DNA of 64,000 nucleotides from Hormiphora californensis (Eukaryota; Animalia; Ctenophora): NCBI GenBank assembly GCA_020137815.1, contig CM035355.1:5456001-5520000 (forward strand). Reading direction: 5' to 3'. Of this stretch, positions 52,897 to 64,000 are shown piece by piece (positions within the stretch are counted from its first letter, which is position 1; each line of letters opens with the position of its first letter). The notes under the pieces were generated by a model. That model was given only the letters and a program-made list of their open reading frames with translations, was not told where the DNA came from and searched no databases. A program made the position numbers and the translations under genes.

Positions 52897-55081
52897 CTAG
52901 GACAATTAATACTTAGCGAGCTACCGTGGTGGTAGTTAAAACCAAAAACAATTTATCCGATAAGTGTTGATATAAAGGGGAATTCTAGGACCCCTGATAT
53001 GATGGGATATTCTAGTCTATTTGTTATTTGTTATTAAAAATGAACTTATTTGACATGAATGTTATTTAACTTATTATATTTTCTACACATTTTCAAGAAA
53101 TTTGTTTTAACTTCTTTGTATTTGTAATAGAAAACAGTATGTCAGAAGGTCCAGCTCCCATCCTACATTACTTACAAAAGAACATCTTGCTCCTTACTTT
53201 TGTCAAAAGATCTAAAGTAAGGAACAAAGGTCTATACTACTTGCACAAATCCAATATAATCATGTCGGTGCTGATCTCGGTATTTCAATAACGTTCACTC
53301 GGTATAATAACAGTGCACATTCACTGCACATTGCACAATCCCCACCCACTTGGCTAGATGACACCAACTGGGAACTATAACCATTTAGTCGCCCTTCTAC
53401 TGGGAATTTGTGTTGCGTTAGAAGAGCCTCGATCCCATCAAGTCGATCTGTCAACCTTGATCTACCGAACCATCATGGAGCGTGATCTGTCGATGTTTTT
53501 AAAAATGTGGTGTGAGCCACACGAAGTCAACCATGACACAGGTTTGCTATATAGACTGTCGTAAAACTAGAGGCAGATCTGTAGGACCAACAGTAGCTGA
53601 ACAATTACTACGGCCAGTGTATAGTGTTTCCCTTAACACTTTCCAACGGTCTGAGAATCAAAACGGGTTATGGCCCCGCCACACAGCCGAACAGTTATCC
53701 ACGATCGTCAATCAGTTCCCCCTATCCACTTTCAATTATCTGAGTGACAACACTCATGACTCGACCTACCACACCCAGGACGTGTCTTTGCCCGATCTAC
53801 CCAATCTCTGAGCGAACTGTGAACTATAATCATAAATGATTTCAGTTCGTAGCAGTAGCACTGGGAGGGGGATAGGGGGCCTCAGGGGTTTGCACGTACA
53901 AATAAAAACATTTGCCAATCTGCAAAATCCATAGCTCTGTGAAGAGCTTGACTTCCTCTTTCCAATTAGCTCAAGTTTTTCGAAATTGGTTGAGAAATGG
54001 CCGATTAGTGAAGTAAAACGTCTCCAAATTGTGCAAAAAGGTGTTTTTTAAAACTGTTCTTGGGAACCGTTAGCCAACCGTAGCCGACGGGGGCTCTACT
54101 TGAAGGGTTCCCTAGTATCATCAAACTAGAGTGATGTTCTGCAGAAATTTGCAGCTACTTTTAACATTAGTTTCACTTTCATTCCCGGCTATTCTCATTA
54201 ACTCCAACCCGCCCCCCTCTAGTCCTCTACTATTTCACGCTTTAAATAGCACGTGATTCGTACTAAGAGCTCGTTTGTATCAAAGAGCCTTTTGATCTTT
54301 TTCACCACATGTCGTGACCTCATCTGTTTCTCAATAACCCACGTGCACACATACAACGTGATCTCGATTGATAGAGCCGGATTGTTTTAGAACGTGACCA
54401 TGTAGTGCTATCTTGATCTAGAATTAGTTGAATGGGATATATATTAGTTCTGGAATATGCTAGTTCACGCTTATAAATAGCTGCAGTTTAATACACGGCA
54501 GCGGCAAAATTCGAATTGTTCTAGAAGAGGATGATATATCGTGATAGCATTACTCCTGGGATAGAAAAGTTCCAGAGAATCTTATTACAACGAAAACTCT
54601 CCTGCATTGTAATTTATTCGTGATTTTTCATACGATTTGCTTGATGTAATTATCTATTATAATGAGGGACCTGAACTCCAACTGTTAACGAAGTTAATGG
54701 CTGACTGTCAGAGCATTGGCGGAGCGCACGAGAACTGTGGTCAGAGCATTGGCCTGACAGTTGACTGATGACTATTTCTCAGAAACCTAAGTGATTCCGA
54801 GCATACTGTGTGTGAGACACCGTCTAGTTCTTTCCAGACCGCGGTAGTCGACAGTTAAATTCCAAGAATGGTTTAATTTTTAAAGAAATTTAATATTTAG
54901 AATATAATATTTACAGTCTACAAATAAAATATCTACTGAGAAGTATTTCTTTTTACATTTTGTTAATGCATAAAGAACTTATCTACAAGTCTGTATTTTT
55001 AAAACAAATGCATTTTCATGAACTGAGGGCCGGGAGTCAAGATTAGTATAGTCTGACACGATGGTTTAACACAAGCTGTGC

Positions 55082-55288
55082 AGTCCTTTAATCAATGCTA
55101 ATCTCGCCACACCGTGAAGTCCTTTAATCAATGCTAATCTCGTCACACTGTGAACTCCTTTAATCAATGTTAATCTCGTCACACTGTGAACTCCTTTAAT
55201 CAATATTAATCTCGTCACACTGTGATCTCCTTTAATCAATGTTAATCTCATCACACTGTGAAGTCCTTTAATCAATATTAATCTCATC
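55082..55288. repeat. 36-bp tandem repeat x6 copying the stop-codon region of the adjacent gene
   Basis: Unit AGTCCTTTAATCAATGCTAATCTCGTCACACTGTGA. The last unit overlaps codons EINID-stop. Confidence 0.9.
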
Positions 55289-55909
55289 CAGTCCTTCGTA
55301 AATGTTGTCAGAAGATGTCACAACAGGATCCTCATACAAATTGCTGTTAAATGCCGAGTTGTAGTCGTTGTATGATTCATTGTACCCAGGTGGTGGAGAT
55401 CTCATTGTTTTCTCTCCAGGGGCACTTGGAACACTGCTATCACTCAACACCACAGGCCGTGATAACTCCATTTGTCGGTTGATCACCCTAACTTCCACTC
55501 GTGCCTCATTTGCCACTTTTTTCATTCTTCGGAACCTCTTGCAGTAGACAAAGGCGATGATAAGAGCCAAAAGGCAAACTGTGCCCAACACAGATACACC
55601 TGCAACTACTTTGACATCAAGGTCACACTCACACCTGTCCTCACCGGCACGGTGCTGTCCCTCAAACGCACTTTCTAAACACCTGCACTCGCCATGAAAC
55701 CAGTCCGGGTTACAAGAATGTGAAGGAAGCTCGTAACCACTACCGCACACGGGGGAATTCCAGTTCCAATGATCGTAGAGACAATTCCGGGAGTTACAGA
55801 GGACCGAAACCCAGGATTGCTTTCCCTTGCCGTAACACTTCCACTGTCCATCACAAGATAAAGCAGAGGCAGTGAAAGGAAGCAAAAGGAGCAGCAACGC
55901 AATCATGAT
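55268..55909 (-). CDS. Type I membrane protein, Cys-rich ectodomain, cytoplasmic PPPGY motif
   Basis: Within ORF 55268-55960. Probable start near (I)MIALLLLLLPFTASA signal peptide, ~10 Cys, TM segment VVAGVSVLGTVCLLALIIAFVY, basic KRFRRMKK, PPPGY and Tyr motifs (LYED, IYEG). Confidence 0.75.
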   Translation of the reverse strand: MMIALLLLLLPFTASALSCDGQWKCYGKGKQSWVSVLCNSRNCLYDHWNWNSPVCGSGYELPSHSCNPDWFHGECRCLESAFEGQHRAGEDRCECDLDVKVVAGVSVLGTVCLLALIIAFVYCKRFRRMKKVANEARVEVRVINRQMELSRPVVLSDSSVPSAPGEKTMRSPPPGYNESYNDYNSAFNSNLYEDPVVTSSDNIYEGLDEINID

Positions 55910-56294
55910 GGATTGATAGAATATATCCGAGTAAAATTGAATTGTTCGGAGCACGGACACAGTGTCAAGCGACTCAAGAGTAAAGCTGCTGGCAGGGTCC
56001 TCTCAGCAAGAGAGAGATAGTGAGAGAGTGAGAGACACGGAGATACAGTGAGATTGAGAGACACGGTATAATATAAGAGTGGCAAGCAGTGTCTGTTGTT
56101 TTTACTCTCTCGTGATATACTGTATTGGTAGACGTCACTGTGTGTGTGTGTGTGTGTGCATGTGACAATGTGTTTGTATGCAATACCGTCATTATTAAAG
56201 TGCTTACCACTTGACTCACATGGCTACCACAAATCATGCCGTGTACTATATGAAAGATGCTCGGTAATATGGTAGTTCTGGGCTGAACACTTTC

Positions 56295-57176
56295 GACCGC
56301 TTTAAAGCGTTTGAGAAAGCGCTATAAAGCGCTTTAAAGCGCTTTAAAGCGATACCGCTTTAAAGCGCACCGCTTTAAAGCGCTTTTAAAGCGCTAAAAG
56401 CGCTTTATAGCGGTTTTTGTAGCGATATAAAGCGCTTCCGAAAGCGCTTTAAAGCGCTTTATAAAGCGCTATAAAGCGCTATTTAAAGCGCTATAAGAAG
56501 CGCTTTAAAGCGCTTTATAGTGCATTAAAAAGCGCTTTTTAAAGCGCTTGAAAGCGCTTTATAAAGCGCTATAAAGCGCTATTTAAAGCGCTATAAGAAG
56601 CGCTTTAAAGCGCTTTATAGTGCATTAAAAAGCGCTTTTAAAAGCGCTTTAAAGCGCTTTAAAGCGCTCTAGAAAGCGCTTTTAAAAGCGCTTTATAGCG
56701 CTTTTAAAAGCGCTTTAAAGCGCTTTAAAGCGTTTTTATAAACGCTTTCTGAAGCTATATAAAGCGCTTTTTAAAGCGCTGTACAGCGCTTTTCAAAGCG
56801 CTATAAAGCGCTTTTTAAAGCGCTTTAAAAAGCGCTTTTTAAAGCGCTTTTAAAAGGGCTGTAAAGCGCTTTAAAAAGCGCTTTTTCAACACCGCTTTTA
56901 AAAGCGCTTTTTATAGCGCTTTAAAGCGATATTCACCGCTTTAAAGCGCTTAAAAGCGCTTGAAAGCGCTAAAAGCGCTTTAAAGCGCTATAAAGCGTTT
57001 TGAAAAGCGCTTTATAGCGCTTTTAAAAGCGCTTTATAGCGCTTTTAAAAGCGCTTTTAAAGCGCTTTAAAGCGCCTCTTAAAGCGCTTTTTATAGCGCT
57101 TTATAAAGCGCTAGAAAGCGCTATAAAAAGCGCTTTAAAGCGCTTCATAAAGCGCTTTAAATCGCTTTTTAAAGCA
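56295..57176. repeat. Self-complementary ~10-bp satellite (TAAAGCGCTT)n
   Basis: Dozens of AGCGCT palindromes separated by TTAA/ATAA/TTTAAA linkers, with an internal ~80-bp higher-order duplication. Shorter block at ~58180-58240. Confidence 0.95.
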
Positions 57177-59016
57177 TTCTATTCGGTTTTTGAATATTAT
57201 TATTTATTATTGTAAATCCCACTTTTTCGTGATCACTTTCACTCCTTTTCAGATTAAACTGCGTTTCCGTTGGGGGCGTTTATAATTTGGGTGCCTTGCA
57301 GCCTGTTTACAGGTGTGCGCTACCAAAAGAGTACACTTAGACTTGTGCTGTATGAACAATACAAACTTAGACCGACTTTTTCAAATGTCTATAGTCATGC
57401 AACCACAAGGCCAATTTGAGTTAACTAAAGTCTCTTTTTGGGAGAGAGGGAGTGAAAGAGAGGGTACACCACGGAGCACAGTTGGGTATGATATCCCCTC
57501 TTTCTTCTATCCTCCCGCGCTGTCTCTCTCAGTCTCATGTTATCACGTGCGCTACGTTTAGTTCGGGATGGGGGCGAGTGAGGGATAGAGAAAGAGGGTA
57601 TACCATTACCACGGAGGATTTTAATAGGTGCGGCGTTTTCGGGTGTGGCGGGCGCCATGTGAGGTTCACAGCCATAATCCATATCATGATGCTTTTCGGA
57701 ATCTCTAGGGGGTGTAATTTTTACGCCGTAATCTGGCTGGTGGCTCCGGCTGGTTGAGACACAGTCTACAGCTAAAACAGTGTAAAGATGTTAGTTATGA
57801 GACTTGAATGGTCAATGGTGACGTCAGACGTGTGTGTAGCTGGTATCAAGTCAATTGATTGAGAAATACGAATACAAGTGGCAAGTGCTGAGTCATGAGA
57901 GCAAGTCGAGAATCTCAACTCTCAAGACTCAACGGCACTCGGCAGAAGTAAGTGAAAACAAAGAAATGAATTCACTGCCAACTTATATTTGAGTCTGAAC
58001 GGGCATGTTCCTTGGGTACGGTGCACCCTCTCTTTTTGGGAAGGGGGTAGGAGAGAGGGAGTGAAAGAGAGGGTACAACACGGAGCACAGCTTATTTGGA
58101 CATATGCCGAGTTTTATTAGTGCAAATTTTCCCACGGCCGTGGGAAACTATGAAAGCTTCATGTGATGAGCTCGTTTTACTATAAAAAGCGCTTTCAAGC
58201 ACCTTAAATAGCGCTTTTAAAAGCGCTTTAAAAAGCGCTAGAAAGTACACGAGCGTAAGCGAGCTGACCGAGGCGCTTAAGTAAAGGGGCCGAATGGACA
58301 GACTGCGTAGCATGGCAAAGCATTGGCCCTGTTCTCATTTCTTTCAGCCCACAAGAACTGTGGCCAGAGCATTGGCCTGACAGAGGAGGGATAGGTATGA
58401 GAGGTGCTCCAGAGAATGTAGAAGAGGTGACAGGTCATTCGATCCGAACCAGTTTGGAAGAAGGATTGGGAAAACAATGTCAGGAATTAAATCGTGTTGA
58501 TCAGTCACCATTGTTCTCACATAGTTACAGCTCCAGTCTGTGCCATGAGAAAATTAGTGGTCAGAAATCAAGCTGGCAAGGCCGGGAGAGCTAGAGTAGA
58601 GAACCTGTCAGAGCATTAACCTGACAGTTATTATAGAGAACGATGTTATTATATTGTTCATGTGCACGGACAGTGTCGGGAGTCAGGCGACTCAAATGTT
58701 TTATTAGGAATCCTCCATTTTAGCTCCTTCCACATTTCTCCATCATATGCAAGAATGGTCGGATGGTCCCTGTCTGGCGCCGCGACCCCATCTGAGCGCA
58801 CTGTCAATTTGAGAATCAAATAGGGGTAAGGCGCCGCCGTACAGGATGGTCCTGCGATTTGGTCCTGTACCTTCATGTTGGACTGATGGGTAAGTAGTGA
58901 GTAACCTCGTTAAACATTGTATGGTCGCTCAAAACGGTGCCAGGCAGCTGTCTGGCACCGTTTCGATTCTCAGATTGGGTTGGCACCGCCAGAGAGTAGC
59001 CTGTCAAATGCCAATA

Positions 59017-59348
59017 AGGAACCATAATAAAGTTCAAGAGCGCACCCAATCCAAGAGCGTACCACCTCCAAAAGACACCACTCCAAGAGCGCACCACATC
59101 AAAGAGAGCTCCCCATCCAAATACAACGCCGCGCTGGTCTCTTCTGCGCGTGGTGTCCCCTGCGCGTGGTATCTTCTGGATGGGGAGCTCTCTTTGATGT
59201 GGTGCGCTCTTGAAGTGGTGTCTTCTGGAGGTGGTGCGCTCTTGGATGTGGTCTCTTTTGGGTATGGTACGCTCTCAGGTGTGGTCTCTCTTCGATCGGG
59301 TGCGCTCTTGGGTGCTCTTGGAGGCTCTTGAACTTTATTATGGTTCCT
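59017..59348. mobile_element. AGGAACCATAATAAAG-family MITE
   Basis: TA-flanked TIRs identical to those at 29174-29934. Confidence 0.88.
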
Positions 59349-59367
59349 TATTTCCGAAAATATAAAG

Positions 59368-59584
59368 TCGGATTTTTTGAAACTGTCACCCCCCTAGAGT
59401 TTTCAAATTTCTTTAAATGACCATAAGTCCGGTTCCTGATGAGATAGAGACTTGAAATTTGGAAGTTACGAAGATTTTGCTAAGTTCTTCCAAACCTCCA
59501 AATTTCAAGTCTCTATCTTATCGGGAACCGGAGATATGACAAATTTTGTTATTTCAGGGGGGTGACAGTTTCAAAAAATCCGAG
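59368..59584. mobile_element. Inverted-repeat element
   Basis: TCGGATTTTTTGAAACTGTCACCCCCCT...GGGGGGTGACAGTTTCAAAAAATCCGA, with an inner IR GAGATAGAGACTTGAAATTTGGA. Confidence 0.7.
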
Positions 59585-59984
59585 TATACTCCATTTTTTT
59601 CAACTGTTCACCCCCCAAAGTCGTGCGCGGAATTGTTTTGCGCGTTTATCACATGTTAACGTGTAGCGCGCGCCACCCAAATTCTAATTTTTATCAAATT
59701 TCAGTTTTTGGGTGAACAGTTGAAAAAAAATGGACTTTAGCTTCGACCGCCACAAACGTCTTTTCATCCAGGTCTTCAAACATTTTGATTGTTTAATGCA
59801 GCAAACTAAATTCAGGAATGAACAGTCTGTTATCTGCGACATTGAACACCAACGATGTAGACTCAGATAGCGAAGGAATTGAAAAGATCGCCCAGAAACG
59901 CGCAGAAGAGACCGCACGCGCAAATACAACGCCGCGCTGGTCTCTTCTGCGCGTGGTGTCCCCTGCGCGTGGTATCTTCTGGAT

Positions 59985-60358
59985 GGTAGCAGGTAAAGTC
60001 ACCCACTTTTTGGCACCAAATTTAGACGTTTTTGGCCATAATTCAGCCGTTTCTTGGCCAAATTGCTTCATCTTGAGCTCGTTGGAAAGAGGGCGTCGAG
60101 CTCTTTCCACACAGTTCAAGAAAATAAAAATCGGTGCAAAAATGGCGGAGTTATGGCGCAAAATGCGCGTTTTCAGGCGTTTCGCGCCATAGCTCCGCTA
60201 TTTCTTCACAATTTTGCTGAAACTTAGGCTGTATGGAAAGAACTTGATTTCCTCTTTCCAACAAGCCCAAGATGAAGCAATTTGGCCAAGAAACGGCTGA
60301 GTTATGGCCAAAAACGTCTAAATTTGGTGCCAAAAAGTGGGTGACTTTACCGCTAACC
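59985..60358. mobile_element. GGT-terminated MITE with 9-bp TSD (Merlin-like)
   Basis: CTTCTGGAT|GGTAGCAGGTAAAGTCACCC...GGGTGACTTTACCGCTAACC|CTTCTGGAT, inside an AGGAACC-family MITE. Confidence 0.85.
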
Positions 60359-60462
60359 CTTCTGGATGGGGAGCTCTCTTTGATGTGGTGCGCTCTTGAA
60401 GTGGTGTCTTCTGGAGGTGGTGCGCTCTTGGATGTGGTCTCTTTTGGGTATGGTGCGCTCTC

Positions 60463-60834
60463 GGTAGGCGGTAAATGTTAACCAGATCTGAGAGAAAACG
60501 TACGTGCAAAACCACGTTTTTGTCCATAACTCAGTCATTTCTTGACCAATTTGCAAAATCTTGGGCGCGTTGGAAAGAGGACATTGAGCTCTTTCAAATG
60601 AGCCCAATAAAACTAAAATCGGCGCAAAATGCGCGGCGTCATGGCGCAAAACGTGCGTTTTCGCCACCACGCCGCGCAATTTGCGCCAATTTTAATTTTC
60701 TTGAGCTCATTTGAGAGATCTCAATGTCCTCTTTCCAATGAGCCAAAGATTTTGCAAATTGGTCAAGAAATGGCTGAGTTATGGGGAAAAACGTGCGAAA
60801 TTCTCACAGATCTGGTTAACATTTACCGCCTACC
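60463..60834. mobile_element. GGT-terminated MITE with 9-bp TSD (Merlin-like)
   Basis: TGCGCTCTC|GGTAGGCGGTAAATGTTAACCAGATCTG...CAGATCTGGTTAACATTTACCGCCTACC|TGCGCTCTC. Confidence 0.9.
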
Positions 60835-61234
60835 TGCGCTCTCAGGTGTGGTCTCTCTTCGATAGGGAGCGCTCTTGGGTGCTCTTGGAGGCTCTTGAAC
60901 TTTATTATGGTTCCTTATGCATATTACATAATTAAATGCTGTCTTCATCTGTCTGGCGGCACCAGGTCCTGGGTCCAGAGTCCAGACACGGCCCCATTTT
61001 GCTCCTCAAAATCTAAGAGTGCGACATTTTAAAAAAGAGGGAGCTGCAGAAAAAAACTCAGCTCGGCCCGTTCCTTTATTATTTTTTCTGCAGCTATTTT
61101 CAATTTACGCTGCATTTGAGTGGCGCGCACGCCGCGCAGTCTTTTGAATTGCAAATTTAAAAAGTTCGAAGCAAAGTTCAAAAGTTGAAAAGAGAAATCA
61201 AGTTTTTAAATAAAAAAGACGCCCTCGACAGTCG

Positions 61235-62207
61235 CAGTGGCGTAGCCAGGGTATGTGCAAACGTGCATTGCACTACCTGAGCGCTACCAACTGCACTACC
61301 TCAAATTTTCCTGATGTGCACTACCACGCCTAAATTTTGATCAAAATTGCACTACTTCGGAGTTCGGTAGGATATAAACGTTTGAGATGTAATGTACGAC
61401 ACTGAATCCCAAACAAATAGAGATAAAGCACAAAGAACGAGAAAAAGAGAGGGGTTCAGGTGACAAGTTTGTAGAGAGCAATCGCCAGTACCATGCGTTC
61501 CATGCCTCGATGGGATAACAGCACAACACCCAATTGCTAGGATTGTGCAATCCATGGTGTATTACCCTTCTTGGTTTGCGTGATTGTGTTCAGATTGTTC
61601 TCAGATTGTCAAAATTGACAAAAATCGGGAAAAATTTCCGGGGGGCTTCGCCACATGCTCCCACCAGAACCCTGTCCCTGGACCCTGCTTTGTCTCCTTC
61701 ATATTGTTTGAATTATTGTTTTCAAAATGCTCTCAGATTGTCAAAATTGGGAAAAATTGGGCTTTCAGTCCTTGGACCCTGCTAGTGGGGGCTTTATACC
61801 CGACATATTGCTTGAATTATTGTTTTCAAATTGCTCTCAGATTGTCAAAATTGACAGACATCAGGAAAAATTTCCGGGGGCTTTGCCCCACGCCCCCACC
61901 AGGGCTTGTAATCCCTGGACCCTGCTCGTGGGTGCTTTGTCCCCGTCATATTGCCCGAATTATTATTTTCAAATTGCTCTCAGATTGTCAAAATTGACAG
62001 ACATCAGGAAAAATTTCCGGGGGCTTTGCCCCACGCCCCTACCGGGGCTTGCAATTCCTGGACCCTGCTCGTGGGGGCTGTGCCTCCTTCATATTGTATA
62101 AAATTGCTCTCAGATTGTCAAAAATCGGTAAAATTTTCCGTCATTAAAGGTGCACTACTTCAAATTCTTAATGCACTACCATGCTCGAAACCCTGGCTAC
62201 GCCACTG
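61235..62207. mobile_element. hAT-type non-autonomous element with internal ~120-bp tandem repeats
   Basis: GACAGTCG|CAGTGGCGTAGCCAGGG...CCCTGGCTACGCCACTG|GACAGTCG (8-bp TSD). Subterminal TGCACTAC motifs, internal repeats ~61590-62130. Confidence 0.92.
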
Positions 62208-64000
62208 GACAGTCGACACATTGGTTTGCTTATGCTCAGTGGTCTCAGTGCAGACTGCAGAGTCCTAAATACAGGCATCTTAGAGGGTAGGGGCCTACAG
62301 CGTATCGTAACAGCTTGGTGACGCTGGCCCATGCCCCATCCTGCGTTATCTGCCTCAAGAAACCTGCAGTTTGCCGAGGTTTTTTTCCAGGTTCTCTAAA
62401 AAGCTAAGATTAAAGAGGCGCTCATGGCCTCACGTGTGAAAAAAATAGGGAGATGATTCACGATAGGTGATCTGGTGACATGTACACCCATGTAGACGCC
62501 AACTAAGAAACGACATGTTCAACGGAACGGTCAGCACTCAGCGGTAGTAACTGATTACTGATACTAGCACCGTCAGTCTTCAGAGGGAGTTGGATCCGCA
62601 CGCTTGCCTTGCTTCAGTCTCTTTCATGTCATTCCTTTATTTTCCTCCCGTGGCACAAAATAAAGGGTTTAGACAAAAAACTGCAAACCATGTCTGTCTT
62701 AAGATTCCAGAAACTATCGGACTCTACTTACCCTGTATTTATTTATTTACAGAAACTCTACTTCCCTCAGCACGATGAATGAAAATGCACTGGAAAAGCC
62801 TAGTGATTCCTTCGGTACTAGTTAACGACGTCTTCAACAATTATTTCGGCACCCAGAAGAACCGCGGGCCTCCTTGCTACATAACGATCGTTAAATGAAG
62901 TATAGAATCTTCTAGAGGGGCCTAGTCAAGATTCTACCGTAAACTGTAGCAAGGTGTTGGCCAGTCGATTGGAAGTGGGCGGTACTAAAATAAAATCAAT
63001 GTAACCCTCGTTTCCTCGAGGCTCGTGAGTTCTAGAGCATTCTAGCTCGAGGCATCATTTAAATGCTGCTCAATTTGAGCAGTCTTGAATGTTAGTGAGC
63101 TCGTATGACCCCAGCTGCTGTGTATCCCTCTTTAAAAGGGCCCCTTTAAAGATTACCTACAACTCTGACTCGGAGAGGGGTCTTGTGACTTATCCCTGTC
63201 GGCCCGTCAGTTATATTTTACACCATCTGGTACTTGTCTCTAAATCGAGTGTAAAGCTTTAATCGCAAGCATGGAGAACCTATCCAGAATTTTCGTCATT
63301 GTCGGCACTGTTTAAATAACGAACTGTATTTTATAATTTGATATGCAGTATATTATATTTATAGAGTGGGGCGGGTTATTATCTCGATTCAACAGTACTT
63401 TGTATGTTCCTTCCACCCCCTTCTATCCCCCATCTCTATAACGTGAATACACGGTGTCGGATCACAACTCTACGGCCCTGATGCCCTGTAATCTGTATGC
63501 CGTATGGGCATGGTGCCACCTGCTCCTCCTCTCTTTTCCCTCTTACTATACCTCTCTCTATCTCTCTCTACCCCTCTATCTTTCCGTGTCTCATTCTATC
63601 CCTATCACTCTCTCTATTTCTCATTCTCGTTCTATCTGTCCCTCTATCTGTATGTTCCTCATTGTTCTATCTCTCTTTTATTCACTACCAACACTTCGAT
63701 TTCCTTCCATTCATCGAATTTGGATAAATTTTCCAGTACTTTCTAGCACCTGCCCAGTGCCCTCATGTATAACTAGGGCTGCTGGTAGATACCTCCATAT
63801 ATTGGCAGGCTATGCTTGATGAATGATGAGACGTAAAATATGATCTCAACCGAATTGTCGTGTTGCTATTTTAGGCGTGCATTCCTTGTGACCTGATGCG
63901 TAACAATCAATGCTCTCTGTTTTGAATCTGGCGCCGCCCCACTGCTCTTTGACTTTTGAGTTGGCAACGATATACGCCTATACAAGAATTGTGATGATAC

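Overview
Intron-rich animal genomic DNA, not prokaryotic. It is probably from a ctenophore: the ~107-bp CAGGAACCGACCGA MITE resembles one I recall from Pleurobrachia-type assemblies, but I could not verify this. The window holds a 5'-truncated, frameshifted Ty3/Gypsy pol region (-). Spliced genes I could reconstruct are a 15-exon CNG channel (+), a RING-H2 protein (+), AMMECR1 (-), a 9-exon TRPC-like channel (-), a Ly6/three-finger-like GPI-anchored protein (+) and a probable neuropeptide precursor (+). There are also two intronless Cys-rich single-pass PPxY membrane proteins (-). Between them lie many non-autonomous DNA transposons (TA, TTAA, 8-bp and 9-bp TSD types, often nested), long foldbacks, and micro/minisatellites. 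Most notable: tandem repeats that copy splice junctions (15 copies of a TRP 3' splice site), a CNGA-like channel with a Glu-less pore, a dispersed 23-bp hairpin motif, a 10-bp-periodic palindromic array, and the peptide precursor. All gene models were read by eye from GT-AG sites and reading frame, without RNA or database evidence.
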